Shown: positions 19,600 through 28,568, numbered from the stretch's first letter. The stretch is DNA of 64,000 nt from an uncultured Gammaproteobacteria bacterium (GCA_964497535.1 CAZCCG010000002.1:104227-168226); one strand, 5' to 3'. Numbers and translations are program-made. Notes: generated by a model from the sequence alone, not told the origin.

Positions 19600-19637
19600 C
19601 TGATGTGTCTACCTAGCACACACCGGGTGTGTGCAGG
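19600..19637 (+). repeat. REP-like element, copy C
   Basis: CCTGATGTGTCTACCTAGCACACACCGGGTGTGTGCAGG. Confidence 0.6.
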
Positions 19638-19696
19638 TAAATAAAAAGGGGTGCCGCCGACGAATCAGCTGACACCCCACGTGTGTATTGATCAAG

Positions 19697-20167
19697 TTAC
19701 TCTTGACCAGGAAATATATGCAAAGCGTAACCATGCATCGCCTTTACTCGATCACGGGCATGCTCTAACTGCTCTGCATCCGGCTCCGGGAATACCGTCC
19801 GATAACGACCGTATCGCCAGGTAACCCCATGAGAGTCCACGACTATGAACTCATGTGGCTTACCCAGATAACTGGTGTAGCGCCTGGCTGCTCCTAGTAT
19901 AAGGTTAAGCGCTTGCACGAAAGCCAACGCCAAGGCAGGATTCTGGCAGATTTCCTGCTTCTGAGCAAAGTAACGATCGTCAGGAAAATAGGACAAGAGC
20001 TCAAGCGCCCGATCCTGCTCAACCGGAGCATCCGACTCGTGTGCGATAACGCAGATAAGCTCCAATGGTATTTCATTTACCATCTGGAAAACTGCCGCGG
20101 TATCCAACGCCATGGGAACTCCTTCCAATCGCGACTGTGGACTCAATGGTCCAATCCCTCCGTACAA
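19697..20167 (-). CDS. Hypothetical protein, paralog family A (member 1)
   Basis: Shares VxxMVNEIPLELICVIAHESD and a C-terminal W(R/K)YG(G)R...VFP motif with the next ORF. Followed at its 3' end by a GGGTG/CACCC-stem hairpin plus T-run. Confidence 0.5.
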   Translation of the reverse strand: MYGGIGPLSPQSRLEGVPMALDTAAVFQMVNEIPLELICVIAHESDAPVEQDRALELLSYFPDDRYFAQKQEICQNPALALAFVQALNLILGAARRYTSYLGKPHEFIVVDSHGVTWRYGRYRTVFPEPDAEQLEHARDRVKAMHGYALHIFPGQE

Positions 20168-20248
20168 CCGCTGAGATTATATAGTGAAGAGTTAAAGAAG
20201 TCAAAATAAAAGGGTGCCATCGAAGAACGATAACACCCGTATAGTATA

Positions 20249-20686
20249 TTAGCGGAGCCCAGCACCGGCACTGGAAATGATAGCTTTTATGCGTCGTTGC
20301 ATACGAGCTGTATTCTTCTCATCCAACGCAGGAAAGACTGAAACACGTCCTCCATACTTCCAGATTTGGTCACCAACTTGTAGGGTGATCTCATGGGCAT
20401 CCCCGATATAGTTGATGTTTTGCCGTGCATGGTCAAGCCGCCGCATCATCGCGTCGGCGAAAAACTGCATCCCTGACGGGTCTTGAAGAATTGTCTCCTT
20501 CATAGCACTGTAGTGCTCATCCGGAAATAGATCCAAGAGCAACAATGTCTGTGTCGGTGTAATCTCCGTATCTGCCTGGTGGGCTATGATACACACCAAT
20601 TCCAGCGGCATCTCGTTGGCCAGATCATAAGCAGTGCGCAAAATGTGCGGTACCGGCATGACTCTGCTCCTTTCCCAACTATGCAA
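20249..20686 (-). CDS. Hypothetical protein, paralog family A (member 2)
   Basis: Carries the NEMPLELVCIIAHQAD motif, paralogous to 19697-20167. It has its own downstream hairpin terminator. Confidence 0.5.
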   Translation of the reverse strand: MHSWERSRVMPVPHILRTAYDLANEMPLELVCIIAHQADTEITPTQTLLLLDLFPDEHYSAMKETILQDPSGMQFFADAMMRRLDHARQNINYIGDAHEITLQVGDQIWKYGGRVSVFPALDEKNTARMQRRIKAIISSAGAGLR

Positions 20687-20776
20687 TACCGTGGAGATTA
20701 TATAGTGAAGATCTTATGAAGTCAAAAAAAGAGGGTGCCCCGAGTCAGACTCGGAACACCCCATGGATAACGATGA

Positions 20777-21109
20777 TCAAGGAATTTTTGGATTTGAAAG
20801 TTCGAGACGTTGTCGTCTCTCGTAATCTCCAATTAACCTACTAATTGCATGCATCTCCTCCCGGATAGGCTGGAGTGAGCAATCGATTGTCTCCTGATCC
20901 AGGTTACACCTGGCCAGAATGGGCTGTATCTCTCTAACAGCTCCATCAAGCCGCATAAACTCTTGGTAGGCGAGATGGTAATCTTGACCAGACTGAAGCG
21001 ACTGCTCCTTTCTTGTCCGAGACAGCCAGACAATTACGACGACTACCCAGATAGCGCAGAGAACGATGACTACGACTAGCGGGTTGATGAGCCACTCCAA
21101 AGAATACAT
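20777..21109 (-). CDS. Hypothetical N-terminally membrane-anchored protein
   Basis: One N-terminal TM helix (LVVVIVLCAIWVVVVIVWL). GC-rich codon usage matches its neighbours. Confidence 0.4.
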   Translation of the reverse strand: MYSLEWLINPLVVVIVLCAIWVVVVIVWLSRTRKEQSLQSGQDYHLAYQEFMRLDGAVREIQPILARCNLDQETIDCSLQPIREEMHAISRLIGDYERRQRLELSNPKIP

Positions 21110-21125
21110 GATCCCTCCCCTCTCT

Positions 21126-21395
21126 CTAGTCTTCGAGTTTTGTTGTAATCCTGTCGATGATACGATTTACGTAATCGTTCAACTTTTCCCGGTGATGATA
21201 TACCACAGGACCTACTACCACAAAGATCACACCTGTGACAATGGAAGCAAGAAGAAAATGGTTAGTGAAGACTATTGTCAGGAAATGGCCAGCTGCAGTC
21301 CCCAGTAAGACCCCAACCATCAGACATGCAATCCCACCAAAAAGCCCCACGTAGTAACTCTTGACACTGTTTGCGAAGCTGTGGAACTTTTTCAC
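21126..21395 (-). CDS. Small membrane protein (2 TM helices)
   Basis: 89 aa with two hydrophobic helices. Confidence 0.35.
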   Translation of the reverse strand: MKKFHSFANSVKSYYVGLFGGIACLMVGVLLGTAAGHFLTIVFTNHFLLASIVTGVIFVVVGPVVYHHREKLNDYVNRIIDRITTKLED

Positions 21396-21547
21396 CTCAG
21401 TCCCCTTTCAATGTACTCACCACACGGAAAACTCCGCGGGTATTGATTGAGAGTATACACTACTATGAGATAGAAATCAAAGGTGTACAGATAAAAAAAG
21501 CCTCCCCCGCGAAGCGGGAAAGGCCTGGGATGCGCCACACGGCGCGG

Positions 21548-21940
21548 TTAACAGACGAGAACTAAGAAAGCGTGATCCGCCTCCTCACGGCTGGGGAATG
21601 CCTCGATAAGGCGAGTTCCGAGAAACTCAAGATGGCTGAGTTTGCGGGGGTGACCGATTTCCTCGGCGAACATGGACAATCCCCACGACTTGATCGTTGG
21701 CTGGTAAATCGCTACAACCTCAGCAATTCCTTGCCCAGGGTCGCAGACAATCGCCCAGTGGAGCGGGGAATTTTTGATGTCCTCGACCAAGTCGAGGGCG
21801 GCCCCCCAATGACCTGTCTGAAAGACGAACTCCCGACTAGGATGGATTCCGTGCAGGATCTGGAAGAACTCTTCCGAGTAACCTACCAGGATATCCGGCT
21901 CACCGGTCTGCTTATCGGCATAAACCAGGTAAATCATCAC
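21548..21940 (-). CDS. Hypothetical protein
   Basis: 130-aa ORF in the GC-rich, same-strand gene run; no recognised motif. Confidence 0.4.
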   Translation of the reverse strand: MMIYLVYADKQTGEPDILVGYSEEFFQILHGIHPSREFVFQTGHWGAALDLVEDIKNSPLHWAIVCDPGQGIAEVVAIYQPTIKSWGLSMFAEEIGHPRKLSHLEFLGTRLIEAFPSREEADHAFLVLVC

Positions 21941-22269
21941 GTCCTCCTGCTATGGTTTTGCTGAACATCGTGCTCAAGGACTCGCTGCAAGCATCTATTC
22001 CTGCAAGAATTGAAATCCTGCGCCAGGATAAATGTTGTCGGAGCCACCCCACAAAGCAAATCATGAGGGACAGTCATCCACCGGTTGAGACCCTCTATTG
22101 TGGGAAACTGACTCAATAGCCGGATCAAAAACCGGGACGATGCAGGATCCTGCATAAGTTGGCCTATCGCTTCATACACCAAATGTGAGACCTCGTGTCC
22201 TTCATCGAGGTATTCTTGACACCGGCGAGCTGTTTCATAATTGGTATGATCTGACGCAGACATTCCCAA
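21937..22269 (-). CDS. Hypothetical protein
   Basis: 110-aa ORF with an ATGA overlap with the downstream ORF; no recognised motif. Confidence 0.4.
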   Translation of the reverse strand: MGMSASDHTNYETARRCQEYLDEGHEVSHLVYEAIGQLMQDPASSRFLIRLLSQFPTIEGLNRWMTVPHDLLCGVAPTTFILAQDFNSCRNRCLQRVLEHDVQQNHSRRT

Positions 22270-22289
22270 CTCCTTCCATCTCTGGTCGA

Positions 22290-22502
22290 TTATTTCAGTA
22301 CGTCAAAGATGACTATCACAATCATCACTACACACGCAAAAACTAACCCTCCAAATACTGAAATCAAGAACCTCTCCATAGTCTCTCCCTGGGGAGAAGA
22401 ATACGCATAACCAGTCTTGAGCATTGGCATCTTTGGGATAAGCAACCACAGAAATGCTGACCCAAACAACAATGCCACAAGAGATACAGCTACAGATGCC
22501 AT
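22290..22502 (-). CDS. Small membrane protein
   Basis: 70 aa with two hydrophobic segments. Confidence 0.3.
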   Translation of the reverse strand: MASVAVSLVALLFGSAFLWLLIPKMPMLKTGYAYSSPQGETMERFLISVFGGLVFACVVMIVIVIFDVLK

Positions 22503-22697
22503 TTCCCCTCCCTGGAGTGTTGGTTCGCTTGAACGTATTCCAAGCGAGTACCCTTCTATCTACCAAAATAAACAGAATGTCACCCGCTTGGCAAAATCAA
22601 GGTGCAATTTACTCATTTCATGACCAGAAACTGGTGAAAAATGATTGAAGAGATTATAACAAAGGAAGAATACAGAGTCAAACTATAGGATTATGAT

Positions 22698-22724
22698 GGG
22701 CGGTCGAGTCTGACTCGACCGCCC
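22698..22724. terminator. Perfect 12-bp-stem hairpin (GGGCGGTCGAGTC-TGA-CTCGACCGCCC), probable terminator downstream of the SDR gene
   Basis: Perfect inverted repeat directly 3' of the minus-strand FabG-like gene. There is no strong U-tract, so the terminator role is tentative. Confidence 0.35.
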
Positions 22725-22746
22725 AGTAGACTTGCATGTTGGGAAA

Positions 22747-23520
22747 CTATGCCATGACCATGCCGCCATCGACGTGAAGTACCTGTCCAGTAATATATGC
22801 CGCTGCGGGATCAAGGAGCAAGAATGCTACGACTCCAGCTACCTCAACCGAAGTACCAGGACGCCCGATAGGAATCATCGCAAGGATTTGATCTTTCATG
22901 CTCTCAGATACGTTGTCCCACATGGGACTTGGGATGTATCCGGGAGCGACAGCGTTGACTGTAATCCCTCGTTTGGCGTTCTCCAGAGCCGCAGACTTGG
23001 TTAGTCCGATCAAACCAGCTTTGGCTGCTGCATAGTTGGCTTGGCCGGCATTCCCGATCACGCCAACCACCGAGGTGACATTGACGATCCGTCCAAACCT
23101 ACGATGTGCCATCCTTCTGTATTCCCTATTTCCCAAGACCTCCCGGGTACAGAGGAATGCCCCTCGAAGATTGGTAGCCAGCACCGAATCCCAATCAGCC
23201 GGGGGCAGGAATGGGATAAGGTTATCGCGATTGATACCGGCGTTGTTTACCAGGAAATCAATGCGGCCAAACCGATTATATGTCCTGGCAACAAGCCGAA
23301 CCACTTCCGATTCTTTGGCAACATCAGCCTGAAGCGCAATGGTCTCACTACCAGAGAGACGGATTGACCGAGCAACCTTCAACGCCTGGGAACGATCCCG
23401 ATGATAGTGGACTACAACTGAAACTCCTTCTCGTCCCAGTGCCTCTGCAATTGCAGCACCAATCTCTCCGGAAGCTCCGGTAACCAGAGCCACTTTGCCA
23501 ATTCCCCTCTGATCTGCCAT
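22747..23520 (-). CDS. 3-oxoacyl-ACP reductase-like short-chain dehydrogenase/reductase (FabG family)
   Basis: TGASGEIGAAIA Rossmann motif, NNAG, and a catalytic S...YxxxK region (NYAAAKAG). Confidence 0.85.
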   Translation of the reverse strand: MADQRGIGKVALVTGASGEIGAAIAEALGREGVSVVVHYHRDRSQALKVARSIRLSGSETIALQADVAKESEVVRLVARTYNRFGRIDFLVNNAGINRDNLIPFLPPADWDSVLATNLRGAFLCTREVLGNREYRRMAHRRFGRIVNVTSVVGVIGNAGQANYAAAKAGLIGLTKSAALENAKRGITVNAVAPGYIPSPMWDNVSESMKDQILAMIPIGRPGTSVEVAGVVAFLLLDPAAAYITGQVLHVDGGMVMA

Positions 23521-23624
23521 GAAAAAACTCCTTGGATCTGGCCAATTGGCTTGACCTGTGCCCCTTTTTCATCAATAGAAATATACTGATGAGCAAAGTC
23601 AGAAGATTATATCACTCTTTTCAT

Positions 23625-24656
23625 CTAAATCTTTATTTTTATGAAAACGATTGTGGGAGTTTGGCCCAGTAGTCCAATTTTGTAACTACTGATCTGATGA
23701 TTGGGAAACACGTGCTTTGCATGTTTGATTAGTAAGTCAGGTTTGGATACTAATAAACATAACGCTGCCTCTGGTTGAAGGATTCTTTTGTACTCCTCAA
23801 GTGTCTTTCTATACAAATCTGTAATACTTCCTATCGCAATCTGCTTATCCCAGGGGAGATTGGAAATAGCAGCATTAAAGAAATCACTATTCCATGTAAT
23901 TTTGGTAGCATCCAAGTTTTTTATGTGATCTAATTGATCAAAACCTAACCTGCTTAAGTTGTTTTGGCTAATCGTTACACTTTCCGGGTCACTATCTCCT
24001 CCATACACACTGTTACCCATAAAGAATGCTTCACAAAGGACTGTCCCGCTGCCACAAAAATTATCGACAACCTTTAGGTTTTGCTTTCCTTCTGTAACCA
24101 TCACTACCATTGCTGCCGCTACTGTTGCTTTCAAAGAACCTGGCTTGGATACTGTTTTGTAGCTGCGATGATGTAAGCTTTCCGGGGTCAACCGCACAGA
24201 AATAAAAAGCTTTGATCCATCGATAAAGATACGGATGTCAAAATTGCTGTGGTCAAACGCACGATATTCCCATTGGTATTTTTGAGAAATTTCCTGTGCT
24301 GCGGTTCTGGTTATTTCTTTTGAATCCAACTTATTTTTGGCGCTACTGATTGTCAGGGAAAACGTCTGAGGATCCAGTGTTCGTACCTGTTGCAGCATAC
24401 TTCTGGTTTTGCGTAAGTCCAAGCCATTTATTATTTCCAAAAGTTGCGGCAACGCAGTTACCTCTTCATCAGATGCGAGAAGTATTCCAATATCATCAAC
24501 CGTTCTTAACCGAACCAGAGTTTCAAAAGAAGCATGTGTTTTAAATACAATCCGTTTGTCCAAAACCTCAAGGATATGTGCATCTTTTATATACGATACA
24601 ATTTCCTGTTCAACAATTTGTTCCAGGCCTTTGGTGCAATACGCAATGTAGTTCAT
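23625..24656 (-). CDS. THUMP-domain class I SAM-dependent RNA methyltransferase (RlmL/Trm11-like)
   Basis: N-terminal THUMP-like region. MTase motif I DNFCGSGTV and motif IV NLPW. Confidence 0.6.
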   Translation of the reverse strand: MNYIAYCTKGLEQIVEQEIVSYIKDAHILEVLDKRIVFKTHASFETLVRLRTVDDIGILLASDEEVTALPQLLEIINGLDLRKTRSMLQQVRTLDPQTFSLTISSAKNKLDSKEITRTAAQEISQKYQWEYRAFDHSNFDIRIFIDGSKLFISVRLTPESLHHRSYKTVSKPGSLKATVAAAMVVMVTEGKQNLKVVDNFCGSGTVLCEAFFMGNSVYGGDSDPESVTISQNNLSRLGFDQLDHIKNLDATKITWNSDFFNAAISNLPWDKQIAIGSITDLYRKTLEEYKRILQPEAALCLLVSKPDLLIKHAKHVFPNHQISSYKIGLLGQTPTIVFIKIKI

Positions 24657-25423
24657 GAAGAGAGAATAAATTTGTTAACCACATCAACTACTCCGTCTTC
24701 TGTTACAGAAGGTGCGATATAATCTGCAATTGCTTTAAGATCCGGTACCGCATTACCCATAGCAACTTTGAGTCCACATGCCATCAGAAGCGGAAAATCA
24801 TTATAACTGTCTCCTACTCCGATGACCTCTTCTTTTTTCAGGTTCAACTGTTTTAAAACCGCCGCAATACCTTGCAGTTTTGTAGCTTTTACATGAGTAA
24901 TATTTATTCCATATTTGTGAGGATTTTTATGATGTATTTTTTGTACAGAAATATTGTGAAGATGAGAAAGTTTTTTGGCAAGATCATCTATTTTTTTTGA
25001 AGAATAATGTTCATAGGTAAAAATCATATAGGCTTTTTGGAAAGGATCTCCCTTTTTGAAGTAATTATTTATAAATGACCTGTCAAAGGTTTTTTGTTTG
25101 AGATAGAACGGTATTTTTTCCTGATCTAAGAGGTTAATAATGATTTCCGCATCCCGTAAGTCTAACGGTTGCTCATACATAACTTCTTTACTGGAAAGTT
25201 CTATGACTTGTGCGCCATTATTTACGATAACAAATCCTTTTTTTAATTGTAACTTTTCCAGAATATTGAGAATAAACGGATAAGAACGCCCTGTTACCAA
25301 ACAGATTTCTAACTTTTGCTGTGCTTTGCCAATAGCTATTGCTACGGCATCTGAAGGAAGAGCATTATAGTCATAGGGAATCAATGTCCCATCGACATCA
25401 AGCATGATTGCCTTGTATTTCAT
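24653..25423 (-). CDS. HAD-IIB Cof-type phosphatase
   Basis: DVDGTL motif I, GDSYND motif, and Cof-like length. Very low GC. Confidence 0.8.
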   Translation of the reverse strand: MKYKAIMLDVDGTLIPYDYNALPSDAVAIAIGKAQQKLEICLVTGRSYPFILNILEKLQLKKGFVIVNNGAQVIELSSKEVMYEQPLDLRDAEIIINLLDQEKIPFYLKQKTFDRSFINNYFKKGDPFQKAYMIFTYEHYSSKKIDDLAKKLSHLHNISVQKIHHKNPHKYGINITHVKATKLQGIAAVLKQLNLKKEEVIGVGDSYNDFPLLMACGLKVAMGNAVPDLKAIADYIAPSVTEDGVVDVVNKFILSS

Positions 25424-25526
25424 AGGGGAATTGTATCACAGGAATTTGAAGCCAAAGGGGTATGGATTAAAAAAGTGCCGGGAAGATTGCTCTTCCCGGC
25501 TTTATAGAATCGGACGTTGTGGACGA

Positions 25527-25805
25527 CTAGCCGTACATGAACTTCATCACCAATAGCGCAAGTGATTGAAACGCAATAAAGATGTTTGTTATCACAATTG
25601 GTGGACTCTTGACAGCCTTTGTACCGTAGATCATCCAGCAACAACTCTGAGTGAAGAATAGAAGCAAAGTCCAAGGAGACAAATCTTTTGTCTCGCTGGT
25701 CTGCAAAACCTGGATAAGCTGAGGTGTAAGCATAAAGATGGCCAATATAGACCCTATATAGCCAAACGTATGCCACGAGATCAGCCGCTTCATCTTTCCC
25801 TCCAC
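25527..25805 (-). CDS. SemiSWEET (PQ-loop/MtN3 family) sugar transporter
   Basis: 92 aa, three TM helices, PQ motif in TM1 (LTPQLIQVLQT). Matches the SemiSWEET layout. Confidence 0.6.
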   Translation of the reverse strand: MEGKMKRLISWHTFGYIGSILAIFMLTPQLIQVLQTSETKDLSPWTLLLFFTQSCCWMIYGTKAVKSPPIVITNIFIAFQSLALLVMKFMYG

Positions 25806-25939
25806 TTAACGTGCGATGGGGGGAATTATAACAAAAAACATGAGATAAAACAAACTATGGGGTTCTTTAAGGGTTGGGGTTTCAAAAAATAAAAAACCCC
25901 CGGTACCCAAAAGGTACCGAGGGCGTCGTCTTGCAGAGA

Positions 25940-26611
25940 TTACTGTCCCTGCCCGCACTGGCGGAAATAGTTGTTGCGGAGCTGCCGCAACCTTGGAAAT
26001 ACAACCATTTTCCACCATGGCGCTGCCGCTGCATCGAGCTGTACGGTGTCCTGAACCCAGGTGAGAAACTCTTCCTCTGATGCGTTCACAGAGAGCTTTC
26101 TTCCCGGTGAAACGAGCGTCGAATCCTCTGCGCCTATGATGCGCAGATTCCATGCTCTCTTCTGCGGATCCTCCTCCATTGTGAAATATATCTGCAGGTA
26201 CTTGGTAGAGGAAAGGGGTTGAATCAGAGTCGTGGTAGCCTCGCCGTAATTTCCCCCGGGGATTGGCATGGGCCACACTCCGGATATAGTTCCCGGCGGC
26301 ATATACGGTGCTACTTCCAGTCCCGCCAACAACGCGGCCTTGAGTTGCCGTTGTGCAGCAGAGGTGGCTGTGGGGATACCATTTTCCCCAACGGAGAAGT
26401 AGATGTCCAGACAAATGTCGCGGGAGTTATCCCACAACTCAATGAGCTGGAAGTGTACCTCCACTTCTTCCACAGACACCTGGATCCGCTCGTCTGAAAA
26501 AGCTATCGAGACTGCGGTCCTCCACTCCCGACACGCTTGCTCCCTAATGTCATGATGGGCCATGAAGTACCGGTACAAGTCGGGCAAACACTTCGCGATG
26601 ATACGCGGCAT
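25940..26611 (-). CDS. Hypothetical protein (GC-rich segment)
   Basis: 223-aa ORF with ordinary amino-acid composition. The overlapping alternative-frame ORF 25806-26414 is R/G-rich and was judged spurious. A hairpin plus T-run lies 3' of it at about 25875-25920. Confidence 0.45.
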   Translation of the reverse strand: MPRIIAKCLPDLYRYFMAHHDIREQACREWRTAVSIAFSDERIQVSVEEVEVHFQLIELWDNSRDICLDIYFSVGENGIPTATSAAQRQLKAALLAGLEVAPYMPPGTISGVWPMPIPGGNYGEATTTLIQPLSSTKYLQIYFTMEEDPQKRAWNLRIIGAEDSTLVSPGRKLSVNASEEEFLTWVQDTVQLDAAAAPWWKMVVFPRLRQLRNNYFRQCGQGQ

Positions 26612-26845
26612 GATCTGCTCCTTTTCTGGGCTTCACCTTTGTCTACTCCGAATCGTCGGAGTGAAGTGAAACTGCCCCATCAAATAAGAATGTGTTCTTA
26701 TCTCATAGGGTAGTATCACTTAACAAAAGGAAACAATTGCAGTAATCTTAATGTGCAAGAATTTGAAATGCTACAAAATCGTTTTTGAGCCTGCAGAGTA
26801 TAGCAAAAAAGAATATGAAAGTAAACTATAGGGCAAAATATTTTC

Positions 26846-26875
26846 TTGACAAAGGCTATGGGCTCATGATATAGT
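26846..26875 (+). promoter_or_regulatory. Sigma-70-type promoter with extended -10 (TTGACA-18-TGaTATAGT)
   Basis: TTGACA at 26846-26851, TG at 26867-68 and TATAGT at 26870-75. Confidence 0.45.
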
Positions 26876-26954
26876 AATCTCATGAACAAAGCACAGCAAT
26901 TAAATAGAAGACCAATAACTTCCTAACGGGGAGGTATTTGTCGTGTGTACAAAA

Positions 26955-26974
26955 CTCCCCCTGGGAGTTTTTTT
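26955..26974 (+). terminator. Intrinsic terminator hairpin (CTCCC-CCT-GGGAG + T7) in the leader upstream of the paralog-B pair; an upstream GGGGAG could form an alternative pairing
   Basis: Stem-loop followed by TTTTTTT about 80 nt downstream of the predicted promoter and about 110 nt upstream of the ATG at 27083. GGGGAG at 26927-26932 could alternatively pair with CTCCCC. Confidence 0.4.
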
Positions 26975-27082
26975 GTTGTGGAAAAGCACCTTAAAACTTA
27001 TAGGAGGCAGTGACCTCAGGAAGATTATAAGTCTTTCTGCGGGTGCTGCTTACCTATACTATAGCAGCGCCGGGAGAGGTAG

Positions 27083-27736
27083 ATGGACGACCGTTCCTAT
27101 GCGAGAGTACATGTTCATGGAGACAAATCTATGGAAGGAGACAAAGTATCACTGGTGAGTACCTCACCCCTTGGGCCCCGCCTCGAAACCAACATCGGGT
27201 ACTGTCCCTTTGTACGCGAGGTTGAATACTGCGCCTTCTTTGGACAAGTACCGTTGGGTGAATACTATTTGGTATATACCACACAAACCGGTATCCACCA
27301 GATCGATACGGCTTTGGAAGCTTTTATCGATCTGCCGAAGTTCCGGCTGGATACCGCTCGTGTGGTACCGGTAGTACCTTTCTCCGCCGAAAAAGACCTC
27401 GTAAAGGCAATGCGTGAAGCACAACAAGACCTCATGCATTGTCTTGTGTTGTCTCCGAGCATCAAGTATGGAGTACTTTGGTACGCTCGCAGTGTACTTA
27501 CGTCTCGATTGGCTCAAGCTGAAAAAGAGTTGGAGCGTCGGGGAAAGCAACAACTGGGAGGTTTGACAACCGAGCAACAGAGAGGCCTGCAGGAACTCTC
27601 CGAATGTGTTCTGCGGAGTATGAAAACCTTGGAGCTCCATAGCGCACTTGACTTCTACCGATTGCTTTCGATCCTCTGTAACGAAAGTACTACGGTAGCC
27701 AAAGTTATGCGGATAATCTATCCTGCACTCCGCTGA
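27083..27736 (+). CDS. Hypothetical protein, paralog family B (member 1)
   Basis: Shares SLVSTSPLGP, ELERRGKQQLGGLTTEQQ and DFYRLLSIL with the next ORF. Confidence 0.55.
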   Translation: MDDRSYARVHVHGDKSMEGDKVSLVSTSPLGPRLETNIGYCPFVREVEYCAFFGQVPLGEYYLVYTTQTGIHQIDTALEAFIDLPKFRLDTARVVPVVPFSAEKDLVKAMREAQQDLMHCLVLSPSIKYGVLWYARSVLTSRLAQAEKELERRGKQQLGGLTTEQQRGLQELSECVLRSMKTLELHSALDFYRLLSILCNESTTVAKVMRIIYPALR

Positions 27737-27750
27737 GAAGTACACACCGA

Positions 27751-28467
27751 GTGTATGCAAACACTAGAAGCACTGGAGGAGAAATGGACGAACATTGGGC
27801 AAGTGTGTGGGGCAAAACCTACAAAGATGAGGTAGTTGTACACGTTGGAAGAGGAATGAAAGGAGCCCGTATTTCGCTCGTCAGCACTAATCCGCTTGGG
27901 CCGCATCTCCACGCATACGTTGAGCAATTCGGTTCTCTGAGAGGAGAAGGAGGAGGGTTTGGCGCCGTCTTTGAGAACGTACCCGCCGGCGAGTACTGGG
28001 TTGTTGGGATGCACTTGGGACACTGCATCATTGAGGCAGGAGTAGATGCCAAACTTCTACCTGGGGATATCCCGGATAACATCGTACTGCTAGATCCCGG
28101 ATACCAGGATTCTCATCTGCGTAAGGCCATCTCCGCTGCATGTAACAACCTCAAGAAACTTACCGGCGTCTCCTGGGGTATGAAATATGCAGCACTGTTG
28201 TATACTCGCAGGCAGTTTGCACCCGAGATGAGTGCAGCTGAAAAGATCCTCGAACGGCGGGGCAAGAACCATCTTGCCGGTCTCACAACAGAGCAAGAGA
28301 AGATACTCGGTATTATTTCCCAAACTGTTGTGGAGAATATGACAGAGCTTGGGCTGTGTCGGGCAATCGATTTCTATCGGTTGCTCTCGCTTCTTTACAA
28401 AGGAAGGAAAGACAGCGCCAAAATCCTGGAGATGCTTCATCCGAATCAAGGTAATTCGGTGGAGTAA
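27751..28467 (+). CDS. Hypothetical protein, paralog family B (member 2)
   Basis: Tandem paralog of 27083-27736 (SLVSTNPLGP, ILERRGKNHLAGLTTEQE, DFYRLLSLL). An imperfect hairpin plus T-run follows at about 28473-28516. Confidence 0.55.
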   Translation: MYANTRSTGGEMDEHWASVWGKTYKDEVVVHVGRGMKGARISLVSTNPLGPHLHAYVEQFGSLRGEGGGFGAVFENVPAGEYWVVGMHLGHCIIEAGVDAKLLPGDIPDNIVLLDPGYQDSHLRKAISAACNNLKKLTGVSWGMKYAALLYTRRQFAPEMSAAEKILERRGKNHLAGLTTEQEKILGIISQTVVENMTELGLCRAIDFYRLLSLLYKGRKDSAKILEMLHPNQGNSVE

Positions 28468-28524
28468 AACCATCATGCCCGGTTTCCCATTCGTGGGGAG
28501 CCGGGCTCTTTTTATGGGATAATC

Positions 28525-28560
28525 CCGATGTGTCTACCTACCACACACCGGGTGTGTGTA
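28525..28560 (+). repeat. REP-like element, copy D (abuts tRNA-Val 3' end)
   Basis: CCCGATGTGTCTACCTACCACACACCGGGTGTGTGTA. Confidence 0.6.
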
Positions 28561-28568
28561 AAAAGGAG

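Noticed and set aside
22698-22724. Perfect 27-nt palindrome, considered as a possible att or recombination site for the island
   Set aside because: It is a single copy in the window, located directly 3' of the FabG-like gene. A transcription terminator or RNA hairpin is the simpler explanation.
25420-25776. 118-aa ORF overlapping the SemiSWEET gene in another frame
   Set aside because: The SemiSWEET frame gives a coherent three-TM PQ-loop protein. The alternative has no features.
25806-26414. 202-aa ORF on the minus strand, Arg/Gly-rich, overlapping 25940-26611 in another frame
   Set aside because: Its composition (R/G/H-rich, low complexity) is typical of an off-frame ORF in GC-rich DNA. 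The overlapping 223-aa frame has normal protein-like composition.
27164-27760. 198-aa antisense ORF across paralog-B member 1 (similar ORFs at 27718-28023, 27819-28082 and 28090-28476)
   Set aside because: These lie antisense to a well-supported paralog pair. GC-rich DNA makes long spurious open frames.
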